Source of the DNA: Selaginella moellendorffii
Lineage: Eukaryota > Plantae > Lycopodiophyta
Direction of reading: 5' to 3'
Assembly: GCF_000143415.4 (NCBI RefSeq)
Contig: NW_003314334.1
Span: forward strand, 248,001-312,000
Length of the DNA stretch: 64,000 nucleotides
Shown: piece by piece, positions 38,250 to 49,700 of the stretch
Layout: each line of letters opens with the position of its first letter
Position numbering within the stretch: position 1 is the stretch's first letter
Notes under the pieces: model-generated
The model's input: the letters and a program-made list of their open reading frames with translations, nothing else
What the model was told of the DNA's origin: nothing
Databases searched by the model: none
Position numbers and translations under genes: made by a program

Positions 38250-38520
38250 CAAGTCGAGGATCGAGTCCAAGACCGACTCTAGGACCGAGTTCGAGATAGA
38301 GTCCGGAATCGAGTCCGAGACCGACTCGGGGACCGAGTTCGAGACCGAGTTCGAGACCGAGTTCGAGACGGAGTCCGAGATCCGAAATCAGGTCCGAGAC
38401 CGAGTCCGAGGTCGAGTCCGAGGTCGGGTCCGAGATCGGGTCCGAGATCGAGTCCGAGATCGAGTTCGAGACCGAATCCGAAGTCGGATCCGAAATCGGG
38501 TCTGAGATCGAGCCAGAGAC
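38250..38520 (+). repeat. Degenerate 6-bp tandem array (YCGAGW)n inside the LTR (also ~44215-44485)
   Basis: CCGAGT/TCGAGA/CCGAGA units; produces spurious RD/ET low-complexity ORFs. Confidence 0.9.
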
Positions 38521-38532
38521 TAAGTCCAAATA

Positions 38533-39088
38533 TGTAGCGCATGTGATCATGGGATGAGATTTGGATATACTGTCACCGTGGATCCTTGGAACCTTGGGAG
38601 ATAAATGGGGATAAAATAGCCACTAAGGGCTCTCTCATCAAGCAATTGCCCCTTTTCCAGTTGGCTTAAGGGGAGAGAGATAAGGTGCGCTACAGTTGGT
38701 ATCGGAGCAAATGGCACGGGTTCGATTCCCATTGATTAGTGGCTACTTAAAAAGTATAATATACCCTTGAGCAAGGTATATTCCTACCCCTAAAATTTGA
38801 AATCGAACGTATTGGGCTTCCATGCGTACGTCCTTCCTCTTGTGTGGAGTATCCACGGACGAAGGTATCCACCGTGGGACTGCGGTACGGGTGGATGACT
38901 AGTTGCCTCACATGGAATCATTAGTCTACAAAATGGAAGGATTGGTAGATTGAGTGCGGAAATGGAGGTGTTGGTTCCCCTTGGCTCAGTAGGGGTTGTT
39001 AGTCAATAGTCAATGAGGACATTGACATCTCTAAAGGGGGGGTGAGTGTAGCGCATGTGATCATGGGATAAGTTTTGGATATACTGTG
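38533..39088 (+). mobile_element. TRIM-like miniature LTR element, 3' LTR truncated
   Basis: 162-bp LTR TGTAGCGCA...TGCGCTACA (38533-38694); PBS 38697-38708; ~350-bp non-coding interior; PPT; second LTR starts at 39047 and matches for only ~40 bp. Confidence 0.8.
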
Positions 39089-39419
39089 ATAGGCTTGGTG
39101 TGCTTGGCTGCTTGTGCTTGCGGGGAGTGTAGCCGAACCTTAAGTCCCGTCTAACCCGGGGAGGGGGATTGGGAGAGATTTGGGAATCCGTAGATGGATG
39201 GCTAACACTCCGTTGCTCGTGTAGTGAGTAGCTGAAACCAAGTAGGACCAAGTACCATAGGCGAGAACCTTGGCGAGGGAACTTAGCACAAGCCAAGGCA
39301 GAGTTGGTCGGATAGCCGAGGTAAGCTGGCAAATTGGAAAGGAAAAATTTGTGGCTTACAATTTGGTATCGGAGCCTCTTCCTCAGTTCTAGCGAAGGAT
39401 AGAGGCGGATTGCTGGGAG

Positions 39420-42400
39420 ATGGCAAGGGCAGGACGTAAGCGAACCCAGGCGGAGACGGAACCTCCTCCAGAGCTGGAGCCTCCGGTCGAACAGGAGGCT
39501 ATGGATGAGGAATCGTTGCATGAGGAGGACTCCAGTGAGGCAACTTCCAAACAGGAGTCCGGTGGTGAGGTTCGATCGTCCAAGGCTCGATTGGACGTTC
39601 TAGAAGGACAATTGGCACAGACCAATGCCCTGCTAGAGACTCTCGTACGCAAGCTAAAGCGTGATGAGAAGCGGAAGAAAAAGTGAAAGACTGCGGATGC
39701 TGGCAGCGCAGAAGGTGCGGACCCTTCGGCAGGGATTGAGGCAAAAACAGACAAGGTCGAACAGACCGAAGTGGAATCAGTCCCTCAGGCAGTTCCCAAG
39801 TACAAACCGAAGCCCCCACCGGTCTTCAAGGGAGTGAACGACTATAAGGTGGTGGAGGATTGGTTTTACGATATGGAGGACTACTTCTGAGCGTTGCGAT
39901 TACCGAGCTCGGAGAAGGTCCCATATGCTAAACCATACTTGGCAGATAATGCCAAGTCTTGGTGGAGAACAACGGAGGCCAACGAAGGACCGGTGGCCAC
40001 TTGGGAAATGATGAAGGCGAGGATCCGCGCAACTTACGTTCCTCCGAATGCTACTCTGCACCTAAGGGACGAGCTGAGTAGGCTGAAGCAGACCGGAACC
40101 ATTCAGGAGTATGTGAATGGGTTTATGGCAAAGAGGATACTTGTCACGGACATGGGGGATATGGATGCGTTACATGCCTTCATATCAGGTTTGCAAACCT
40201 GGGCTCGCGGCGAAGTAATGCGATGGAACCTGACCAACTATAAGGAAGCGTTGGATGCGGCCATCAAGGTGCATTTCAACAATAACCTCGGATAATTTTG
40301 TGGCTGCAGACATAGTCCGGCAAGCCGGACTAACGGTGCAGCGGCTAGGCAAACCAAGGACTATAGAGTTTGTTCAAGGTAGCCAAAGCACCGATGAGGT
40401 ACTTCGACAAGCGAGAGTCGAAGTGGGGACTTGGAAGGTGGACATGGATTTCACCGTGTTGGACATGGTGGGATTTGACGTGATCTTCAGAATGGACTGG
40501 TTCAATCGATTCGTGGTAGCCCTGCATGGACAAGGTAGAAACCTTGTGGTACTGGCGAATGCCCAAGGAAGAAGATCTAGGGTGGAGGCCCAAGATCTAA
40601 AGGTAGGGCAAAGCAAGGCCAAAGATTCCTGCTTAAACTTGGTGTCCACGAGAGGACAACTCACTAAAGGAACTAAGGCGGCCTTTTTGTGCTTACTCTC
40701 GGTGAAGAGTGACAAAAAGACAGGAATGGAAGAAGTACCTTTAGTGATCCAGCGGGTGTTGGACTAATTCCAGGATACCATGCCGGAGGAGCTACCGGCG
40801 GGGCTACCCCTAGCACGACCGATAGAACATAAGATTGAGCTGGTCGAGGGTGCTGAGGCAGTGGTTCGTCCCCCTTATCGTTTGAACGAAAAGGAACTCA
40901 AGGAGCTCAAGTGCCAACTAGAGGAGTTGGTGGACAAAGGGTATGTTAGGTTGAGCAAGTCGCCGTATGGGGCGCCGGTGTTATTTGTGAAAAAAAAAGA
41001 TGGATCTATGCGCATGTGCATAGACTACCGGTTGCTCAACAAGTATACAAAGAAGAACAAGTACCCTTTGCCAAGGATTGAGGACCTGTTCGATAGGTTG
41101 GGAAAGGCAAAATACTTCTCGAGGATTAACCTAAGGTCAGGATACTACCAGATCAAGGTAGCCGAGGAAGATGTCGAGAAGACAACCTGTCGAACGAGGT
41201 ATGGGAGCTTTGAGTTTCTGGTAATGCCCTTCGGGCTATGTAATGCGCCGGCAACGTTTTCGGCGCTAATGAACCACATCTTTGTACCCTATCTGGATCA
41301 CTTCGTGGTCGTCTATATCGACGACATCCTGATCTATAGCGAGACGCTAGAGGAGCATGTCGAACACTTGGCGAAGGTGTTTGAGAAACTAAGGGAACAC
41401 AAGCTGTATGCTAAAGAGAGCAAATGTGACTTTGCTCAACAAGAGGTAAAGTTTCTCGGGCATGTGGTGGGCCAGGACGGGCTCAAGGTGGACCTGGAGA
41501 AGGTCCAAGCGATCCAGGAATGGGAGCGACCATCCAATGTACACGAGTTGAGGGCATTCCTGGGGCTATGCAACTACTATCAAAAGTTTATCAGACACTA
41601 TTCGAGAGTAGCCCTGCCCTTAATGGACCAAACAGGAAAAGGGAAGATGGTGTGGACAGCGGAATGCGAGGCGGCATTCGTCCACCTCAAGGGGAAGTTG
41701 AGGAAGGCTCCCGTATTGGCATTACCAGACTTTGGTAAGGACTTTGAGGTAGAAATGAATGCTTTGGACTTTACGTTGGGTGCAGTTTTGAAGCAAGACA
41801 ACCATCCGGTAGCGTTCTTCTCGAAGAAGCTGGACAAGGCTCAACGGAAGTGGCCTGCCCACGAGAAGGAATTGTTTGCAGTGGTCAAGGCGCTCAAGGA
41901 GTGGCGACACTACCTTGGGAGACACTTCAAGGTTTACACGGACAATGTGGCAACGAAACACTTCTTGTCACAGCCCGACCTAAGAGGGAAACAAGGTCGG
42001 TGGGCCAATGCCTTGGCCGAGTTTGATTGCGAAATTCTGTACAAGCCTGGGAAGAGCAACATCGTGGCGGATGCGCTAAGTCGAAAAGCAAGCTTGAGGT
42101 TGGCAATATCCAGCGCAACAGCAACCTTCTGGGACGATGTGCGGATAGCATATGAGAACGATGGTCTAGCACAGGAAGTGTTGCTGAGGAATCTAGAGGC
42201 GCGGGAAGCTCACCAGAGAGGTGAGCTGCCAACGGAAGAGAAATCGGGCTATGCGGAACGCAACAGACTCATTTATTACAAGCAAATGAGGGTGTATATT
42301 CCAGAAGGGGAACTAAGGAAGGTGGCCTTAGAAGAGTGTCATGACAGACCTCTTGCGGGACACGGTGGAGTGCCCAAGACGATGGGCTTACTCAAAAGGA

Positions 42401-43700
42401 AGTACCATTGGCCAGATATGGTTAAGGACGTCCAAGACTATGTAAAGACATGTCCAACATGTCAGCAGGTAAAAGCCGTGACTAAGGCTAGTGGGGGCTT
42501 GTTGCAAAGCATCTGAATTCCAGATCGCCCGTGGAAATGTCTTACGATGGACTTCATCACGGGACTCCCCCCAAGCGAGGGGTTTGATGCGATATTTGTG
42601 GTGGTGGACCGATTTTCGAAAATGGCACACTTCATACCCACCACAACGGAGGTGGATGCGGAAGGTGTGGCAAAGCTGTTCTTCGAACAAGTGGTTCGAG
42701 TGCGGGGAAGACCGGAAGAGATCATCTCAGATCGAGATAAGATCTTCACTAGTAGGTTCTGGAGGACTCTCCTAGAACAGTATCGCACCAAGTTGAAATT
42801 CAGCACAGCCTATCACCCACAGACAGGTATGGGGTATTGAGTCAAGTTGTTGGCACTAACACTTCTTGACAGACGGACAAACGGAAAGGGTGAATAGGCA
42901 GCTGGAGGATTATTTGCGATGCTATGTCTCGGGAGACCAGACCGATTGTGTAAGTCATTTGGGACTTGCAGAAATGTGTTATAACAACTCACCACATTCG
43001 AGTATCGGGGTGAGTCTATGGGAAGTCATCAATGGGCGAGCTATTGAAGGTCCTGTGGAACTCGGCGTGGCCGAGTATCATGGAGAGTTGCCCGCAGTGG
43101 AGGCATTCACGGCGGAAAGACTCAGCATTTGGAATCTAGTGAGGGATTCTTTGGAATGGGCTCAACAAAGGCAAACCAAATACGCGAACCAGAAGCGTCG
43201 GGATGTAGAGTTCCAAGCTGGGGAGAAGGTGTGGCTGAACACCAAGAACCTCAGACTACCAAGTGGGATCAGCCGAAAGTTGACCCAAAGGTAAAGATGC
43301 ATGTATTCCTGTAAATGAATTGATCTTGAGTTCCTTAAGCAGGTTCACGGGGCTTTACGAGATTGAGGCACGAATCGGTAAAGTGGCTTACCGACTCCAA
43401 CTTCCTCGAGAGATGGGGAAGATGCACCCAGTGTTCCACGTGAACTTACTCAAGCCGTACTTTGAGGATCCGCTTCGCAAGGACCAAGTGAGACCTTTAC
43501 CTGAGGTTATCCAAGGGGAAGAAGAATACGAAGTCGAGGCCATCCTCAATGCGCGCAAGAGCAAGTAACAAGGACACGAGATGAGAGAGTTCCATGTGAA
43601 GTGGAAAGGATTTCCACACTGCGAAGCAACATGGGAACCGGAGGAGAACCTAGCGAACGCGCGAGATCTAGTGGAGGAATTTCTGCAAGGCAGAACTCTA
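39420..43700 (+). pseudogene. gag-pol polyprotein, defective, with integrase introns 42827-42872 and 43291-43342
   Basis: In-frame stops at ~39684, ~39888, ~40765, ~42514, ~43566. A deletion near 40285 removes the gag C-terminus and protease catalytic motif. RT/RH ORF at 40780-42516. Confidence 0.9.
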
Positions 43701-44127
43701 TGTACTTATGCAAAATTCAATTAAAAATATCAATTTGCAAAGTTGAGCAAGTGGCATATGTTGGGACCCGAAGGCGCGCCAAAGGTAAGCTAATTAGCAT
43801 GGGTTGGATAGGTCGACTAGGCGTAGGGCACTACGCCCGACTCCCCGTGGGGATGTCGAATCCGTAGACATATTCTACGGAGGTTGGGTTTGAGTCCCAA
43901 CCCCCTAGTAAAGCAAGGCTAGGTTCAAGTCCCGACCCCATACTAGGGCGTGGTGAGGTGAGGAGTATAGGGACACCTATATTCCGTTGTCATGGGCTCT
44001 TGGCCGGGGAGGCTAACTTAGGCACACCGCTAAGTGGGGGGATGCCCCCGGAGACATGGTCAACAAGTCGTAGGATAAAACGAGATGTTTGATGTGGGCA
44101 TCGAACTTCTTCTATGGGTGGTGGAGT

Positions 44128-44496
44128 TGTAAGGAACCGACTCCCCGAGATGTCATAGGCTAAAGGATCCCCAAAAGCTTGACCGAAATGACAAAGAGTT
44201 CATCGAATGGGACCAAGTCGAGGATCGAGTCCAAGACTGACTTTAGGACCGAGTTCGAGATAGAGTCCGGAATCGAGTCCGAGACCGACTCGGGGACCGA
44301 GTTCGAGTCCGAGTTCGAGACCGAGTTCGAGACGGAGTCCGAGATCCGAAATCGGGTCCGAGACCGAGTCTGAGGTCGAGTCCGAGGTCGGGTCCGAGAT
44401 CAGGTCCGAGATCGAGTCCGAGATCGAGTTCGAGACCGAATCCGAAGTCGGATCCGAAATCGGGTCTAAGATCGAGCCAGAGACTAAGTCCAAATA
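44128..44496 (+). repeat. Truncated 3' LTR
   Basis: TGTAAGG after the PPT; ends at CAAATA and is fused to inverted host sequence. Confidence 0.85.
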
Positions 44497-46712
44497 GCCC
44501 CTTGAGTCCGCGATTGTATGCTCAACAAAGAAGAGATGGTTAACGAACAAAGGTTAAACTCTTTTTTTTTAATCTTCCCTTTGCTTAATAAGAATACGTA
44601 TATTTATACTGTCGTTTTAAACATCGTATGTACATAATCATAACGGCGGCAGCGGCGGTGGTGCCTTCGGGTAATACAGTAGCTTCTCCAGCCGCAGCAC
44701 TACGCCGCAGTGGTAAGGCAGCACTGGATGCCGGTGGAGATACATGGGACTGATGGTCAGCCACGAGAGGCCATAAAATTCCGCTCCAAGTTGCTCTAGA
44801 ACGTAGCGGATTTGCAGCTTGATGCCGCTGCTGCTCCCTGGCTTCCCTGTGCCCACACTGCTGCTACTACCGGCGTTGTCACACAAGCCATTCCCACCCA
44901 GACGCATCCCTTGCATCTCCTGTCTCGAGCCTTGGAGGAGCCGAAGTGTGCTACGAGACCGTTCTGGAGTGTCCTCGGCCATTCCTCCTCCATGGAAACA
45001 TGAACAACCTCGGCTCGTAGAGCTGTGGTCGGGCCGGAGATGACGTAGCCGGATGCAATGGGAGAGATGGAGCCTCTGCTCTGTATCCACTGTCCAAATG
45101 CCGTGGCGTTGGCTACGGACCATGTCGAAGCCGCTGGAATAAAGTATCAGTCAGCGAATACGTAAATACGAAAAAAACTTCTAGCTTACCAGTTGATTCG
45201 GTCAGGCTCGGCCCCTGCAATAACTCGTCACCAGACACCGTCCCCAAGGTTACACCGGCCAGCATCCCAGCATGAAAGTTGATCTCCGGCTTTGGGAGTA
45301 AACCACGCAAAACAAAAGAGGCCGAATCACCACGGGCCATGCTCTGGATTCGTCCAGCCAGTGAGGTTGTGTCTTGCTGGGAACTTGTAAAACTCGCGAC
45401 AATCTGGAGAGAGGGCTTTGGATTCACCGTCAGAGGCGATAACTTCATCCTATGTACGTTCCAAACAGTAAACGTTTTCAAGCATTTAAAAAGCTCGTTC
45501 TCTCGTGGGCTGGCAGGACATATTTCAGATCACATGTACAAGCCAAAGCAATGCCAACGATTGCTATTTTGTTGTAGCCATGGTTTATGGACAGTGCCAA
45601 GTACGACATTGGTCCCATTACACCTACTGTGTTTGGAGGAAATGGCTCACTGTGTTGACATTTTCAGTGAAGGTGCATTGGATTTGATGGATTTGATAGA
45701 TATTCATAAACCAACTATTCCAGCTTGCAGGGATTAGGAACTCTCTAACTGCTTCTAGCTTGTTCAGCTCTCCTGAGATTCGGCAGATATTAGTCACCTA
45801 CAAGGCAGCATTCCTCTCAGCTTTCCGAGCATACTTCTGTTAAACTCCAACAAACTGGGAGGCCATCTTCTCGGGTGAGCCTTCCAAAAATTTCAGCTCC
45901 AATGCGACCAACAACAGGTTTGAAGGCAGTGTTCCATCAAGGAACTTTAGCAGCAACCAAACAAGTTGTCTGGGAAGCTACCAACTCAATGTGAACCACT
46001 GTACCAACACCAATATGAGAATTGAAGAAACTCTTTGCGTCGAGTCCTTGTTATTGATCATGCTTGGGTTCAATGGTTGACTCTTCCCCATGGCCTGGTT
46101 CAATTAAAGTTTGCATTGTTAGTGCAAAATGGTCCTGGGATCCAAACTTTCAGCCAGCTGGAGGGATGGATGCTGTTGGAAAATGGCTGGACAGGCAGGA
46201 CCTCCTACACCGGTGCCAGGTGCTCTACCAGTGAGCTACCTGCCTTGGTTGTGTGCATATTCAGCTTCGTTCTAACAGATGCTGCCATTTACTCTATTTT
46301 ATGAGCTCTCAACACAGGAGTAATCCAGCTTTCCCTACCTAAGAGCAAAAAATCGATCGGGGTAGCACCCCTGGTACAAGGGTTGCTAGTGGCATATATG
46401 TTTTCAATACAGACAATATATGTGACAACAGAAAATGAATATAAAAAATCAAAATGGTCGAGACGAGCATTTTTCCAAAATAAATTGCCACCGTATGCAA
46501 CTTGTTACCCTGCACCCTTGCAACCGTGCCTGATCGTTTTTCAGGCCTAGGCTCTCCAGCTTCGGTCCGCTCATTCTATCAAGGGCTGCAATCTCTACGT
46601 TTGCTGAACGTGTATGTACATTCCCCATGTCCCAATGGGACTAATACAAAAAATGGGCGTGCCGCCCTCTCCATGAGCTACTCTACGTGATCCTCATATG
46701 CCGCAGCTAGAC

Positions 46713-49700
46713 CTAGTCCTGGAGTAGAAGTGGACGTGGTCGTCTCGAGCGAATCATGTCGATGTCCAAGTCTCCCCCACGAGCTGACCTTAGAACAGAG
46801 TCTGGGGGGCGCCATTGCCAGCGAATCTCGCCACCTCCCAATTTGCCGAAGCATGGGAGCCACCTGGATCTCCACTCCTCGAGCTGCCTCGGTTTCGCCC
46901 GCTCTTTCAGGATGGTGTAGTGAAGACGCACCGCTGCAAGAGTGAGTCTCCACCATGATGCCACCACTGCCGATATTCTCGCTTGTTGCCCATCAAAGCG
47001 ACAGTGGTTCCGCGCCTCCCAAAGTGCCTGCAGTCCTGTTGCCCTCCAAATGGACCAGCGCTCTTGGCCCAACGCCTCCCAGATGGACATCCCAACTTCA
47101 GCCCCTGTCACGTCCCACCGGACTCGCATGTTCCATCGGTGCCGTCCGTAGCAGCGAATACGCCTCCAAGCTGGACCAATGGCTGGGCCTCTGGCTCCCT
47201 CAAACCAGTGGAGGATATCCCCACTCCGAGCCTCGAACTCTGGAATGTCTCCGAGTTCCTGCGTCGCCTTGAAGATCTGTCGCCAAACTTCTCTCGCCAC
47301 GTCGCATTCCCATAGGACATGTTGCGCTGTCTCCAACTCGCCACACTCCTTGCACCGTCGGCATGCTTCTTCCTGGAACCGCTGTCCTACCGGCAGCCCG
47401 TTATTTGCCACCAACCAAGAGGTGGCCTTGACTTTCTCCTGTACCGGTAGTTTCCAGAACGCAAGCGTGTTGCCCACCACCTGATTTGCTTCAACTCCTT
47501 GCTTGATCCATTTCTTCCAGAGCTTGGGGATCTCCCCTCGGGCCTCCTCCCTGCTGGTCAAGAGACCATCCCTTGCTTCCTTGACGCCGAAGGAGAAGAA
47601 GCTCCTCGCTCCTCGTTTCCATGCTGCGGGGTCCCAATCCAGATCCTCGATGAGCTGCTGTCGCCACCATCTAAGAATGCCTTCCCCTTCTAGTGCAGCC
47701 AACGATTGAACCACCACCGATTGTTTCGGAGCCTGTCGTATTACTCGAATCCTACCCTTGACCTCGTCATCCGTCACCATCGGCATGACCTGTTCGTCCC
47801 CTGCTGGCAACAGCATGTCGCCTCTCAAGACTCGAAAAGGACGCCCAACATTTTGGTCTGGAGACACAACGAACCATACCTCCACATCCCTGTCCTCCCA
47901 AGCTGGTGTTGGGGCCGTAAACGCCCGTGTCCAGGCCCCCAAGCTAACTCGTTCCCTGTCTGACTCCACGTCCCGTTGCAGAGCCACAAAGTCTCCAGAT
48001 TTGAGACAACGCCTAGGCCAGAGCTGCCCCTGCTTCGCCTCACTCACTGCTCTGATAATGCGAAGAAGATCAAGGTGGACTTTCCTCCACCGTCCCGGGT
48101 TAAAGACCTGCATATGTCTCGTAGTCTTCCTCCTGTCCTTGTCCAGAACCCGCACCAGCTGCTTGAGAGTTCGGAAGCCTGCGCTATGTAGCTTTCTCCA
48201 GATTGTGTAGTGGTCCTCCCTGCCCAGTGTCCTATCGTCCAGTTTGAAGAGGTCGTTGAAGAACAGGGGCTGGTTCAGCCAGTCCTCCGCTCGCCCTGGC
48301 AATTCCCTACTGACTGGAAACGCGCTCCATAACCGGAGAAGCCCCTGGACTAGAGTGCCGCCCTTGACTACTTGCTTCGGCCCCTCGGCAAAGAGCCAAC
48401 GTGGATCTTCTTCCCACGGTCTTGCAGTGTTGTGCTTGGGCCGGATTGCCAACAAGTTCTGCCTAAACATGAGTCTCCAAGGTTGATTACCTGGTTGAAG
48501 GCCCATGAGGAGGATTTTGTACCGTAGCGCCTTCGCCATGTCACTCGGATCGATTACTCCAAGTCCTCCCAAGACTCGCGGACGTGCTGTAGATTGCCAC
48601 GCGACCTTGGCCATGCTCCTCCCTGTGACCAGAGCGCCCCGCCACAAATACTGACGGACCATCGTGCGTACCTTTCTAAGAGTGCGTTCTGGAACAGGCC
48701 AGATGGAGAGGTGGTACCAGATGCCAGGCAGAATGATGCTCCTAGCGACTACCACTCTCGCTGGCAAGCCGAGTTTCCGGGGAGCCCACTTCTGGATTGA
48801 CGTTCGTACCCGTCGGAGCAAGGTGTCATCCTGAAGTGCTGCACTGAACCGAGTACCAACCTGGATCCCCAGGTACCTAGCGTCTTCTCCTGGTTTGAGC
48901 CACTGGAAGCCAATGTCCTGCCCCCAAGATTCGATGCCTGGTCGCCCCCAATTTATGCCCACTGATTTGTTCCAGTTAATTGCTGCACCAGCCGCGAGGT
49001 TGAACGTCTCCAGCGCCTTCTTAGCTGCATCCATGTTCTCCTTAGTCGCAAGTAGGAACAAGGCAGTGTCGTCCGCAAAAGCACCATCAAGGAGTTCCCG
49101 AGACACCCTTGTGGTTCCCGGAAGTTGCTGTCTCGCAGCCGGCAGTGTGAGTCCTTTAATGCGTCCGCCTTCCGCTAGAAACGTACCCAGGGCCTCAGCC
49201 ACAATCAGAAAAAGATAGGGTGCTAGTGGACACCCTTGGCGTACTGAACGTCCCAGCTGGAAACTCGGTCCCGTCTCGCCATTGATTGTGACTCTGCTTG
49301 TGGCTCCTCGGTATAGTAACGAGATCCTAGTGACCATCTCTCTCGGGATGCCGATCGTGTTCATGCACTCCTCTAGGAACCTCCAGTCCACCCGATCGTA
49401 GGCCTTCTCGAAGTCCAAAAGCCATGCTGCAGTTTGTTGGTTAGAGATCTCTGCCCATCTCTGAGCCAGCAGGTACGTCCAGATGTTTTCTGCGATTTGC
49501 CGCCCTGGAACAAACCCTGTCTGCTGCTCCCGGATGATCAGCGGCATGACAGCTTGGAGCTTGAGGGTCATTGCTTTGGCATAGACCTTGTAGGACGTGT
49601 TGAGCATGGTGATTGGCCTCCAATTCTTCAGCTCCTGCAGGTCCCCCCTCTTTGGAATAAGCGCAATCTGGCCCTCAAGGATCTCGCGAGGCAAGGTCCC

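Larger units (their letters stand above)
38164..39360 (+). repeat. Chromovirus LTR (TGTAAG...CTTACA) with a hexamer array and a nested TRIM
   Basis: Preceded by PPT TGGGTGGTGGAGT and followed by the PBS; its 5' part recurs at 44128-44496. Confidence 0.85.
36413..44496 (+). mobile_element. Chromodomain-bearing Ty3/gypsy (chromovirus) element in tandem: 3' pol fragment, shared LTR, near-full defective copy, truncated LTR
   Basis: gag, partial PR, RT ([10 protein letters not shown]), RNase H, integrase (HHCC, MDFITGLP, ISDRD), chromodomain (EYEVEAIL..VKWKGF...TWEP); PBS TGGTATCGGAGC at 39364; PPT; no TSD at either junction. Confidence 0.95.

Noticed and set aside
38215-38550. RD/ET-repeat proteins or a CRISPR-like array
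   Set aside because: Translation of a 6-bp microsatellite in an LTR; no repeat-spacer structure, and the context is eukaryotic
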